Under the pieces are notes generated by a model, which was not told the DNA's origin, ran no database searches, and worked only from the letters and a program-made list of their open reading frames with translations. Position numbers and translations under genes: made by a program. Below are positions 14,821-22,825 of a DNA stretch of 32,000 nt, piece by piece. The number at the start of each line of letters is the position of its first letter. The first letter of the stretch is position 1. Source of the DNA: Microcystis aeruginosa NIES-2549 (GTDB taxonomy: Bacteria > Cyanobacteriota > Cyanobacteriia > Cyanobacteriales > Microcystaceae); NCBI RefSeq assembly GCF_000981785.2, contig NZ_CP011304.1, positions 1,440,001 to 1,472,000 of the forward strand, read 5' to 3'.

Positions 14821-15975
14821 ATGCTCCCATCTAACGAGCCACTGACTGCTTTAGGGAGAGAGACGACAACGCCTCTCTCGATTCAACTTTTGCTCTTTGT
14901 TGATGACCGTCCTAGTTCTCAAGAAATTATCCGTCAAATTCAGGCCTATCTCCAGTCTTTAAGGTCTGATTACCCGATTGACCTACAGATCATCGAAATT
15001 CGCCAGGAACCTCATTTAGTCGAACATTTTCGCCTTGTAGCTACCCCTGCCTTGGTCAAAATCGCCCCTGGTCCCCGTCATACCCTCGCGGGCAGTAATC
15101 TGGTGGAACAGTTTAAAAAATGGTTGGTACGTTGGCAAAAAGCGATTAAAGAGGAGGTCAAAAATAATCACGCTGAGGATGCACAACTTCAAGAGGTGGA
15201 ACATTCGGGCGAACTCATCCGCATCGCCGATGAGGTTTTTCGTCTCAAACAGGAAAAGGAAGAATTATTAGAACAGTTGAAATTTAAAGACCAAATTTTG
15301 GCTATGTTAGCCCACGATTTACGCAGTCCTCTCACCGCCGCTTCCATCGCTGTGGAAACCCTCGAATTAGCCTATCATCAACCAGATACGGAGCGCAGTC
15401 TGCAATTACGAGAACAACTGCACCAACAGGCCCGCAAACAGTTCCGGATTATGAACCGTTTGATTACGGATATTCTGCAAGCTTCTAAGAGCATGGCGGC
15501 GCAATTCACTCTCCAACAGAGTAAATTTTATCTGCAATCCCTCTGTCAGGAAATTTTGTCTCAATTGACCGATACTTTTCAGGAAAAGACTTTAACTCTC
15601 CAAAGCGATATCCCCCAAGATTTGCCCCCCGTCTATGCTGATGAGGAGTTAATCCGACAGGTGATTATTAATCTCTTGGAGAATGGGATCAAGTATACCC
15701 CCGCCGGCGGCGCAATTACCCTTTCTGTTCTCCATCGTACTACTCAAAAAGTACAAGTGAGCATCAGTGATACCGGTCCCGGCATTCCCGAAGAAAAACA
15801 AGAGCATATTTTTGAGGGTCATGTGCGTCTCAAACGGGATGAGGGTAAAGAAGGTTATGGCATCGGTTTATCGGTCTGTCGTAAGATTATTCGCGCCCAC
15901 TACGGTCAAATTTGGGTGGATAGTGTCCCTGACCACGGCAGTAGTTTTCACTTCACCCTGCCAGTTTATCGCTAA
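14821..15975 (+). CDS. sasA: Circadian clock output sensor histidine kinase SasA (KaiB-like N-terminal domain, HisKA and HATPase_c)
   Basis: The N-terminal KaiB/thioredoxin-like segment is LQLLLFVDDRPSSQEIIRQIQAYL...FRLVATPALVKI. The H-box is LAHDLRSPL. The ATP-binding boxes are NLLENGIKYT, DTGPGIP and GYGIGLS. The 384-aa length fits SasA. Confidence 0.85.
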   Translation: MLPSNEPLTALGRETTTPLSIQLLLFVDDRPSSQEIIRQIQAYLQSLRSDYPIDLQIIEIRQEPHLVEHFRLVATPALVKIAPGPRHTLAGSNLVEQFKKWLVRWQKAIKEEVKNNHAEDAQLQEVEHSGELIRIADEVFRLKQEKEELLEQLKFKDQILAMLAHDLRSPLTAASIAVETLELAYHQPDTERSLQLREQLHQQARKQFRIMNRLITDILQASKSMAAQFTLQQSKFYLQSLCQEILSQLTDTFQEKTLTLQSDIPQDLPPVYADEELIRQVIINLLENGIKYTPAGGAITLSVLHRTTQKVQVSISDTGPGIPEEKQEHIFEGHVRLKRDEGKEGYGIGLSVCRKIIRAHYGQIWVDSVPDHGSSFHFTLPVYR

Positions 15976-16780
15976 AATGCTCCCCTAACCAATGATCAAT
16001 GTCCCCTAAAACTAAGTCCTGGATTTCCCAGGGGAACAAATGGGCCGTATCTGGGTAACATTTCCACTGAGACAGTTTTAGTTTTTCGGCTGTTTCTTGG
16101 CTAGAAGCACTGGTAATATGGCGATCATTTGCCCCCGCCAGAACTAAGCAGGGAATCGTGATTTTGTCAAGAGATTTTAAACAATTGTAACCTTTTTTTA
16201 AAGCCCGATTTAAAGCGCGATCAGCAGCTGGAGAAGTGCCTAAGTAGGCAGGAACAGCATCTTGAGCGAGATATTGATAGGCAATCGCTTGATGTTGTGA
16301 AAAAAGGTACTGAAACAGGGAACGACGGGCAAAAGTATCAATATTCCAACGCCATCCCGGTTTGATCTGATTGAGAATTGCCGCTATCCCCGTCAAAACT
16401 AAATCTGTGGTGGTGATGGGAGGATGACTACTCCAAGGCCGTCCGGCCGAGGCCACTAGAATTAAACCGGCAAAGCGATCGGGATACCGCAATACTAATT
16501 CCAGTGCGATTATACCACCCAAAGACCACCCGAGAATTAAACATTGCTGGATTTTTTGGCGATCGAGCAGCTCGATTAAATCCTCTAGATGTTCTTCTAG
16601 CTGAAAATCCAGGCGATAACGACTTTTACCGTAGCCGCGCAGATCCGGGGCCAGGGTTTGCCAGCGTTGGCAAAAATGATCGGTAAATACAGACATACTG
16701 GCTGCCGAACCGGGATGACCGTGCAGACAGAGGATCGGATAGCCATTACCTTTGATGTTAACGTTTAGAGCGATCGACAT
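15953..16780 (-). CDS. Alpha/beta-fold hydrolase
   Basis: It has an HG oxyanion motif (ILCLHGHPGS) and a nucleophile elbow (GWSLGG). Its 3' end overlaps the sasA 3' end by 23 nt. Confidence 0.75.
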   Translation of the reverse strand: MSIALNVNIKGNGYPILCLHGHPGSAASMSVFTDHFCQRWQTLAPDLRGYGKSRYRLDFQLEEHLEDLIELLDRQKIQQCLILGWSLGGIIALELVLRYPDRFAGLILVASAGRPWSSHPPITTTDLVLTGIAAILNQIKPGWRWNIDTFARRSLFQYLFSQHQAIAYQYLAQDAVPAYLGTSPAADRALNRALKKGYNCLKSLDKITIPCLVLAGANDRHITSASSQETAEKLKLSQWKCYPDTAHLFPWEIQDLVLGDIDHWLGEHFSDKLAG

Positions 16781-16784
16781 TGAG

Positions 16785-16815
16785 CAGTTATCAGTTATCA
16801 GTTATCAGTTATCAG
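16785..16815 (+). repeat. Heptamer tandem array (CAGTTAT) x4.4
   Basis: The sequence cagttatcagttatcagttatcagttatcag begins 5 nt upstream of the hydrolase start codon, which is on the minus strand. Confidence 0.95.
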
Positions 16816-16989
16816 ATTTGAGTTTTAAGTGAGCAGTATTAAATAGGGTCTGCTGAATAAATCTAAAAACCTTGTTGGGTAAGACTTTTAGACTTTTTGT
16901 CAATCAAAAAGTACCGGACTGGGAGCGATCAGGGGGAAAGAAAAACTTTTTGCCGCAAACCCTAAATAGCAGTTTCCTGCTGTCTTTTC

Positions 16990-17024
16990 ACTGTTTACTG
17001 TTTACTGATCACTGATTATTGACT
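16990..17024 (-). repeat. Heptamer array in the complementary orientation (ACTGTTT/ACTGATN) x5
   Basis: The sequence is cactgtttactgtttactgatcactgattattgac. It lies about 45 nt upstream of the rnpB 5' end. Confidence 0.9.
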
Positions 17025-17069
17025 AGGATATATGAGCGATCGAGTCTCTGGTAAGTCATACTAGAGAAT

Positions 17070-17603
17070 AGGAGAGAGTTGGTCTAGAGGTTGCGGAATC
17101 ATTTTATCAATGATTCCGAGGAAAGTCCGAACTCCCGAAAGACCACACTTGCTGGATAACGTCCAGTGCGCGTGAGCGTGAGGATAGTGCCACAGAAAAA
17201 TACCGCCTCCTTTTTTTAGTGTTGCCAAAGGCACGGCGTAGCCGTCCAGTAAACAGTGATCAGTAAACAGTAACGAAAGTAAATTCACTGATAACTAATA
17301 ACTTTTCACTGATAACTTTCCACTGATAACTGATAACTGATAACTGATAACTGATTGGGGGTAAGGGTGCAAAGGTGCGGTAAGAGCGCACCAGCAGTAT
17401 CGAGAGGTACTGGCTCGGTAAACCCCGGTGGGGAGCAAGGTGGAGGGACAAAGGTTGGTCTTTTTCCTGTCCCGTTCTTAGGAACCGCTTGAGATAATTG
17501 GTAACAATTATCCCAGATAGATAACCTCTATTCCAACAAAGGTAAAAGCGATTTTACTGCCGTTGGGAAATACAGAATTCGGCTTATGTCTGACTCTCTC
17601 CTT
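17070..17603 (+). ncRNA. rnpB: RNase P RNA, bacterial type A, unusually long (~534 nt) because of a heptamer-repeat expansion
   Basis: - GAGGAAAGTCCG (17118-17129)
- ACAGAAAAATACCGCC (17192-17207)
- GGGTAAGGGTGCAAAGGTGCGGTAAGAGCGCACC (17357-17392)
- ACAGAATTCGGCTTAT (17572-17587)

P1 pairs ggagagagt (17071-17079) with actctctcc (17593-17601). The ends are approximate, within about 5 nt. Confidence 0.9.
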
Positions 17604-17648
17604 TATCAGTTATCAGTTATCAGTTATCAGTTATCAGTTTACTGATCA
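17604..17648 (+). repeat. Heptamer array (CAGTTAT) x4 plus variants, directly 3' of rnpB
   Basis: The sequence is tatcagttatcagttatcagttatcagttatcagtttactgatca. Confidence 0.95.
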
Positions 17649-17665
17649 TTGAAAAAAAGCTCCCC

Positions 17666-17697
17666 AATTCATAATTCATAATTCATAATTTATAATT
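17666..17697 (+). repeat. Heptamer array (AATTCAT) x4.5, immediately upstream of rnc
   Basis: The sequence is aattcataattcataattcataatttataatt. It contains TATAAT at 17691-17696, 10 nt before the rnc ATG. Confidence 0.9.
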
Positions 17698-17706
17698 CCC
17701 GCTCCC

Positions 17707-18411
17707 ATGTCCTTAAGTGATCCGCGTCGCCAAAAACAATTAAAAACCCTAGTGGAAAAGCTGGGTTTATCGGCTGATGTCCCCGTCAGGTGGGATTTAT
17801 TAGATTTAGCTCTAACTCATCCCAGTGTTTCGCGTGATAAGAATTATGAACAATTGGAATTTGTAGGCGATTCTGTGGTAAGACTCGTAGCGGCGGAGGT
17901 ATTGTTAGAAACCTATCCAGAGGAGCTAGTGGGAGAATTTGCCGCCCTGCGATCGATGATGGTTAGCGATCGCACTCTGGCGGAATTTGCGGATCGCTAC
18001 GGTTTCGAGCGTTATTTGTTGGTATCAAGTAGTACGAGTATCGATCAAGCGGGGCGAATTTCCCGACTAGCAGACGCTTTTGAGGCGGTCTTGGGAGCAT
18101 TATATCTTAGTACACAGACAATGATTTTAGTGCGTTCTTGGCTAGATGAACCACTAAGGGAAAAAGCGGCCGAAATTCGTCGAGATCCGGCCCGACAGAA
18201 TTATAAGGATGCCTTGCAGGAGTGGACACAAGCAACATACAAAAAACTGCCGCAATATTTAGTAAAAGAAATCAATGGTTTAGATCAAGAACGTTTTTGT
18301 GCGGAAGTGTGGTTAAATGAGCAGAAATTAGGAGTGGGAACAGGCAGAAGCAAAAAAGCGGCGGAACAGGCAGCGGCGAAATCGGCTTTTCTAGAAGTGG
18401 TTAAAGGCTAA
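17707..18411 (+). CDS. rnc: Ribonuclease III
   Basis: The RNase III signature is NYEQLEFVGDSVV. The C-terminal dsRBD is ...GTGRSKKAAEQAAAKSAF. Confidence 0.9.
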   Translation: MSLSDPRRQKQLKTLVEKLGLSADVPVRWDLLDLALTHPSVSRDKNYEQLEFVGDSVVRLVAAEVLLETYPEELVGEFAALRSMMVSDRTLAEFADRYGFERYLLVSSSTSIDQAGRISRLADAFEAVLGALYLSTQTMILVRSWLDEPLREKAAEIRRDPARQNYKDALQEWTQATYKKLPQYLVKEINGLDQERFCAEVWLNEQKLGVGTGRSKKAAEQAAAKSAFLEVVKG

Positions 18412-18427
18412 ATAAAGGAATTTTTGC

Positions 18428-19498
18428 CTAACGGACGAATTGCCAGAGGCGAATTTTAAAATCATAATTACCACTAGCCAAATACTGCCCATCGGGACTA
18501 AAAGCTAGGGATTCCACCCAGTCGGAATTATTATCAAACCAGGCCAACTGTTTACCCGTCGTCACATCCCATAAACGCACACCGTCATTACTGGCACTAG
18601 CGAGAATTTGTCCGTTAGGATGGAGTGCCAGGGAGCGAATTCGGGCCGTATGACCAATGAGAGTAAATAATAACTGATTATTGCTCGTATCCCAGATTTT
18701 AATCGAGCGGTCTAAACTACCCGTAATTAAATTTTTACCGTCGGGAGTGTATAAAAGCTTGCTCACCGCTTGGGGATGGGCGGCAAATTTCGACAAAAAT
18801 TTGCCCTCGCGGATGTCCCAAAAATTTACCTCACCGTTTTCATGACCACTGGCAAGGGTGACACCATCGGATTTCACCCCTAGGGAATAAACAAAATTAC
18901 CCACCCAATTTAAACGATAGAGGGGACGGCGGGGGGGTTGCACTGTCCAGAGGCGAATTCCTTCCAAACCACCACTAATTAACGTTTTACCATCGGGAGT
19001 AACGGTAAGGGCGAGGACAGTATTACCGTGTTCGAGGGCAATTCCTAAATACTTCCCTTCCACCAGATTCCAAAAATTAATGGAACCATCTAAACCGCTA
19101 CTAACTAATAATCTTTCGTTGGGACTAATGGCTAAAGCTTTGACGCTGGTCCTTTGGGCGCGAGTTTGGGAAACTTTTTCCCCTGTTTTTACTGACCAAA
19201 TTCTCAGGAGAGGATCGCTATCACTACCACCAGAGAGAACCAATTGGTTATCGGGGCTGAAAATCACAGCATTAGGGGTGGATTGTTGCCCTTCTAGGGT
19301 TTTAGCGAGGGTAAGTCTGCCTAAACCTTCTACTAGGATAGTTTCTGGGGTTTTTTCGCCACTTGCAGCTGCGGGTTTAGGGGGTGCAATGGGACTTTGG
19401 GCCTGACTAAGCTGATGTTCTCCGATTGTCAGCGTGGTTAAGACAGTGACCACAATTGCCCCGACAAGTTTCTCCCCACCTATAAATCGGAATTTCAT
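18428..19498 (-). CDS. Secreted or periplasmic WD40-repeat (beta-propeller) protein
   Basis: It has an N-terminal signal-like hydrophobic segment. This is followed by about 7 WD-like repeats, for example LVSSGLDGSINFWN, LASGHENGEVNFWD, LITGSLDRSIKIWD, LASASNDGVRLWD and LASGNYDFKIRLWQ. Confidence 0.8.
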   Translation of the reverse strand: MKFRFIGGEKLVGAIVVTVLTTLTIGEHQLSQAQSPIAPPKPAAASGEKTPETILVEGLGRLTLAKTLEGQQSTPNAVIFSPDNQLVLSGGSDSDPLLRIWSVKTGEKVSQTRAQRTSVKALAISPNERLLVSSGLDGSINFWNLVEGKYLGIALEHGNTVLALTVTPDGKTLISGGLEGIRLWTVQPPRRPLYRLNWVGNFVYSLGVKSDGVTLASGHENGEVNFWDIREGKFLSKFAAHPQAVSKLLYTPDGKNLITGSLDRSIKIWDTSNNQLLFTLIGHTARIRSLALHPNGQILASASNDGVRLWDVTTGKQLAWFDNNSDWVESLAFSPDGQYLASGNYDFKIRLWQFVR

Positions 19499-19577
19499 AA
19501 ATTTAGTTGAATATTAACGGTGCTATAGATTCTAGCCTTTGAGGGGATTGACTGCCAAGCAAGGTCAGATTTTTGAG

Positions 19578-19871
19578 CTAAGAAGGTCGATTTTTTTCGT
19601 TTTTCAGGGTTGGTAAAGCCACTTGACCTGATTGGGGCGGTAAATAATATCTTGCTGCTTCTTCTTTGTTGATTGCCTTGCTTTTTTGGCTCTGTTGCCA
19701 TCGGGACAAAACAGCGATCGCCATAATCGTTGCCCCTAAAGATAGCAGTGTCCATCTTTGTCCTAGAACCCCGATGATGACATCTACTGCCGCTGCGGTA
19801 AAGATAAAGCTGGTTATTGGTTCTTGACGGTAAGCTTTCTTGAGAAAACGCGGCCAGAGGAGATTACTCAT
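19578..19871 (-). CDS. Hypothetical small membrane protein (97 aa, two predicted transmembrane segments)
   Basis: It has an ATG start and two hydrophobic stretches (ITSFIFTAAAVDVIIGVLG and LLSLGATIMAIAVL). I prefer it over the overlapping 19495-19755 frame, which is Arg/Lys/Ser-rich and low-complexity. I recognise no family. Confidence 0.45.
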   Translation of the reverse strand: MSNLLWPRFLKKAYRQEPITSFIFTAAAVDVIIGVLGQRWTLLSLGATIMAIAVLSRWQQSQKSKAINKEEAARYYLPPQSGQVALPTLKNEKNRPS

Positions 19872-19956
19872 TTTATCTATTATTTCTACGGTTTCGATAA
19901 TTCCAGCTTATCCTATCACCCTGAAAAATGTTGTCGATCGGGTGATGGGGGATTTT

Positions 19957-19984
19957 CAGTAATCAGTAATCAGTAATCAGTAAG
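19957..19984 (+). repeat. Heptamer array (CAGTAAT) x4
   Basis: The sequence is cagtaatcagtaatcagtaatcagtaag. Confidence 0.95.
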
Positions 19985-20206
19985 AAAAATAGTATTAGGG
20001 ATTCTAGTGCTGAACTGGAAATAATTACCACTAGAGGAGCCGATCCTTTAACAAATACAAAGAGACGATACCCCCTCAAAACCAGTTGATAGGATTATGG
20101 TAGTAACCGAAATCAACTTTTAAGAATCTAGAATGGGCTTTATTGTCTATTATCATCCAAATAACGGACAAAAAGCTTGTTATATGCACTTTTTCTCGGT
20201 ATTATC

Positions 20207-22447
20207 ATGGCCTATCCTCTCTACGTCGCTTTTATTTGGCATCAACATCAACCCCTCTACAAATCCTCTCAAACTAGCAGTGACGCTTCGGGACAATATC
20301 GTTTACCCTGGGTGCGACTGCATGGGGTGAAAGATTATCTCGATTTAATCCTAATTCTAGAACGTTTTCCCAAATTACACCAAACTGTTAATCTTGTCCC
20401 CTCTTTAATCCTGCAATTAGAGGATTACGTCAACGGACTAGCTATAGACCCCTATCTTGCCCTCACCGTCACCCCAGAAGCGCAGTTAACCCTGGCACAA
20501 AAACACTTTATCCTCGAACACTTTTTCGATGCTAACCATCGTACCCTGATCGATCCGCACCCCCGTTACGCCCAATTATACGCACAGCGTCAAGAAAACG
20601 GTCATAGTTGGTGTATTAGCCATTGGAATCTGCAAGATTATAGCGATCTCTTGGCTTGGCATAACCTCGCTTGGATCGATCCTATCTTTCACAGTGACCC
20701 GGAAATCGCAGCCTGGTTAGAACAGGGAAAAAATTTCAATTTAAGCGATCGCCAGCGAATTATCTCCAAACAGCGTCAAATTCTGCGTCGTATCTTGCCA
20801 CAACACCGGTTAATGCAGGAAACCGGACAACTAGAAATCATTACCAGTCCCTACACCCATCCGATTTTACCCCTGCTGGCCAACTCGGAAGCCGGCCGGG
20901 TAGCAGTGCCGAATATGACCCTTCCTCGGCAATATTTCCGCTATCCTGAAGATATTTCGCGCCATCTCCAGAAAGCTTGGCAAATCTATATCGATCGCTT
21001 TGATAAACATCCTCGAGGACTTTGGCCCTCGGAACAATCCGTTAGTCCTGCGATTCTCCCCGCTGTCGCTAAACAGGGTTTTCAGTGGTTATGTTCCGAT
21101 GAGGGGGTGTTAGGTTGGTCCCTGGGACATTACTTTCATCGCGACGAAAAAGGCAATATTAGCGAACCAGAATTGCTTTATCGTCCCTACCGTCTGGAAA
21201 CTAGCAACGGCAATTTATCGATGGTTTTCCGCGATCATCGTCTCTCGGATCTGATCGGATTTAGCTATAGTGGCATGAAAGCAACCGAGGCCGCTACAGA
21301 CTTAGTTAAACACCTAGAAGCGATCGCCGAACAACTGAAAACCAACGCAGAAACAACGACCCTAGAAAAACCCTGGTTAGTTACCATTGCGCTAGATGGC
21401 GAAAACTGTTGGGAAAACTATCATCAAGACGGTTTACCCTTCCTAGAGAACCTTTATCAACTTTTAAGCGACCACCAAGCGATCGAATTAGTCACCGTCT
21501 CGGAATATCTCGATCGCTTTCCGGCTAATGCAAAAATCCCCAGCCATCAACTTCATAGCGGCTCTTGGATCGATGCCAATTTTACCACTTGGATCGGCGA
21601 TCCCGCTAAAAATAAAGCTTGGGAATATCTAATTTTAGCCCGTCAAACCCTCGCTAATCACCCGGAAGCGACGGAAGATAATAACCCCGACGCGTGGGAA
21701 GCATTGTATGCAGCGGAGGGTTCCGATTGGTTTTGGTGGTTTGGTTATGGCCATTCTTCCAATCATGACGCAATTTTTGATCAACTTTTCCGCGAACACC
21801 TGATCACTCTTTATCAAGCTTTAAATGAGCCAATTCCCTCCTATTTGCTCGAACCGGTGGAAGAACACGGTGATAAACAAAGTAATCGTCCGATGGCTTT
21901 CATTCACCCCATTATCGACGGTTTTGGGGACGAACAGGATTGGGATAAAGCCGGACGGATCGAAATTGGCGGCGCCAGTGGTACAATGCACCGGACTTCC
22001 TTAGTGCAAAGACTCTTTTTCGGTTGGGATCACCTCAATTTTTATCTGCGTTTCGATTGGAAACCGGGGGCAAACTTAGGAGAAGAAATTCCCGCAGAAG
22101 TACATTTATATTGGTATTATGACGAAGTCCATCGTCTGCAAAGTCCAATTCCCCTAACAGATATTCCCCCTCGATCGCCCCTCGATTACGGTTATCATCA
22201 TCATCTAGGAGTTAATTTAATCACGGAATTTACTTGGTTAGAAGTCGCTCAAGAGTATTTTACTTGGCAACGAGTTCCTAGTAGTGCCAAGGCTTCTTTT
22301 AATCAATGTTTGGAAATTGCTGTCCCCTGGGAAGGATTACACATTGAACCCGATGCTCGTCTCCATTTAATCGCAGTTTTAGCCAATCAAGGTCAATACT
22401 ATGATTTCCTCCCCGTTGAAGAATTAATCTTCCTGCAAAGACCTTAA
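20207..22447 (+). CDS. Glycoside hydrolase family 57 protein (large, ~746-aa form)
   Basis: YPLYVAFIWHQHQPLY is the GH57 N-terminal motif. GLWPSEQSVS and ALDGENCWE, with surrounding segments, are GH57-like. The ORF track opens at a TTG (20177). I prefer the ATG at 20207, which gives MAYPLYVAF... Confidence 0.8.
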   Translation: MAYPLYVAFIWHQHQPLYKSSQTSSDASGQYRLPWVRLHGVKDYLDLILILERFPKLHQTVNLVPSLILQLEDYVNGLAIDPYLALTVTPEAQLTLAQKHFILEHFFDANHRTLIDPHPRYAQLYAQRQENGHSWCISHWNLQDYSDLLAWHNLAWIDPIFHSDPEIAAWLEQGKNFNLSDRQRIISKQRQILRRILPQHRLMQETGQLEIITSPYTHPILPLLANSEAGRVAVPNMTLPRQYFRYPEDISRHLQKAWQIYIDRFDKHPRGLWPSEQSVSPAILPAVAKQGFQWLCSDEGVLGWSLGHYFHRDEKGNISEPELLYRPYRLETSNGNLSMVFRDHRLSDLIGFSYSGMKATEAATDLVKHLEAIAEQLKTNAETTTLEKPWLVTIALDGENCWENYHQDGLPFLENLYQLLSDHQAIELVTVSEYLDRFPANAKIPSHQLHSGSWIDANFTTWIGDPAKNKAWEYLILARQTLANHPEATEDNNPDAWEALYAAEGSDWFWWFGYGHSSNHDAIFDQLFREHLITLYQALNEPIPSYLLEPVEEHGDKQSNRPMAFIHPIIDGFGDEQDWDKAGRIEIGGASGTMHRTSLVQRLFFGWDHLNFYLRFDWKPGANLGEEIPAEVHLYWYYDEVHRLQSPIPLTDIPPRSPLDYGYHHHLGVNLITEFTWLEVAQEYFTWQRVPSSAKASFNQCLEIAVPWEGLHIEPDARLHLIAVLANQGQYYDFLPVEELIFLQRP

Positions 22448-22449
22448 AT

Positions 22450-22496
22450 CAGTGATCAGTTATCAGTGATCAGTTATCAGTAATCAGTTATCAGCT
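22450..22496 (+). repeat. Heptamer array (CAGTGAT/CAGTTAT/CAGTAAT) x6.7
   Basis: The sequence cagtgatcagttatcagtgatcagttatcagtaatcagttatcagct starts 3 nt after the GH57 stop codon. Confidence 0.95.
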
Positions 22497-22563
22497 AGAA
22501 TCATTTATTAGTAAGTGATCAGTAATAGAAAGATATGTTTTAGCTTTAACTAATCAGATAGAT

Positions 22564-22706
22564 GGCTCTCTTAGGTTTGGTGGCTAAAATGTATTCTAAG
22601 ATACAGTCTTGGGGCAGTGAGTGGAACGAACCACAGAGACACAAAGGACACAAAGATCGATCACTAATATATAAGTTAAACTTATCACACAAAGAATAAG
22701 AGAGCC
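22564..22706 (+). mobile_element. MITE copy C (both terminal repeats intact)
   Basis: The left end is ggctctcttaggt and the right end is ...aataagagagcc. The outermost 10 nt on each side are perfect inverted repeats (ggctctctta / taagagagcc). The internal tandem gacacaaag x2 is shared with copies A and B. Confidence 0.75.
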
Positions 22707-22825
22707 TCAATTTTTCCATTAATGCCCAATTTGCTCAAGAAGCGCAGGAGAAATTAAACGCTATCCTTGGGGAAATGGATGCGGATCACTGACAAATTCA
22801 CCACATCTGTGCAGCGGTAAATTAG

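Noticed and set aside
17061-17451. ORFs 17061-17288 (-) and 17260-17451 (-).
   Set aside because: They lie entirely inside rnpB, on the opposite strand, and run through heptamer repeats.
19495-19755. An 86-aa minus-strand ORF overlapping the 97-aa ORF.
   Set aside because: It is Arg/Lys/Ser-rich and low-complexity, and it overlaps the more protein-like two-helix frame at 19578-19871. Even that frame is only a moderate-confidence call.
20133-20330. ORF 20133-20330, and the TTG-initiated extension at 20177-20206 of the GH57 gene.
   Set aside because: The first is an out-of-frame overlap with the GH57 start. The extension adds 10 non-conserved residues before an ATG that gives the typical GH57 N-terminus.
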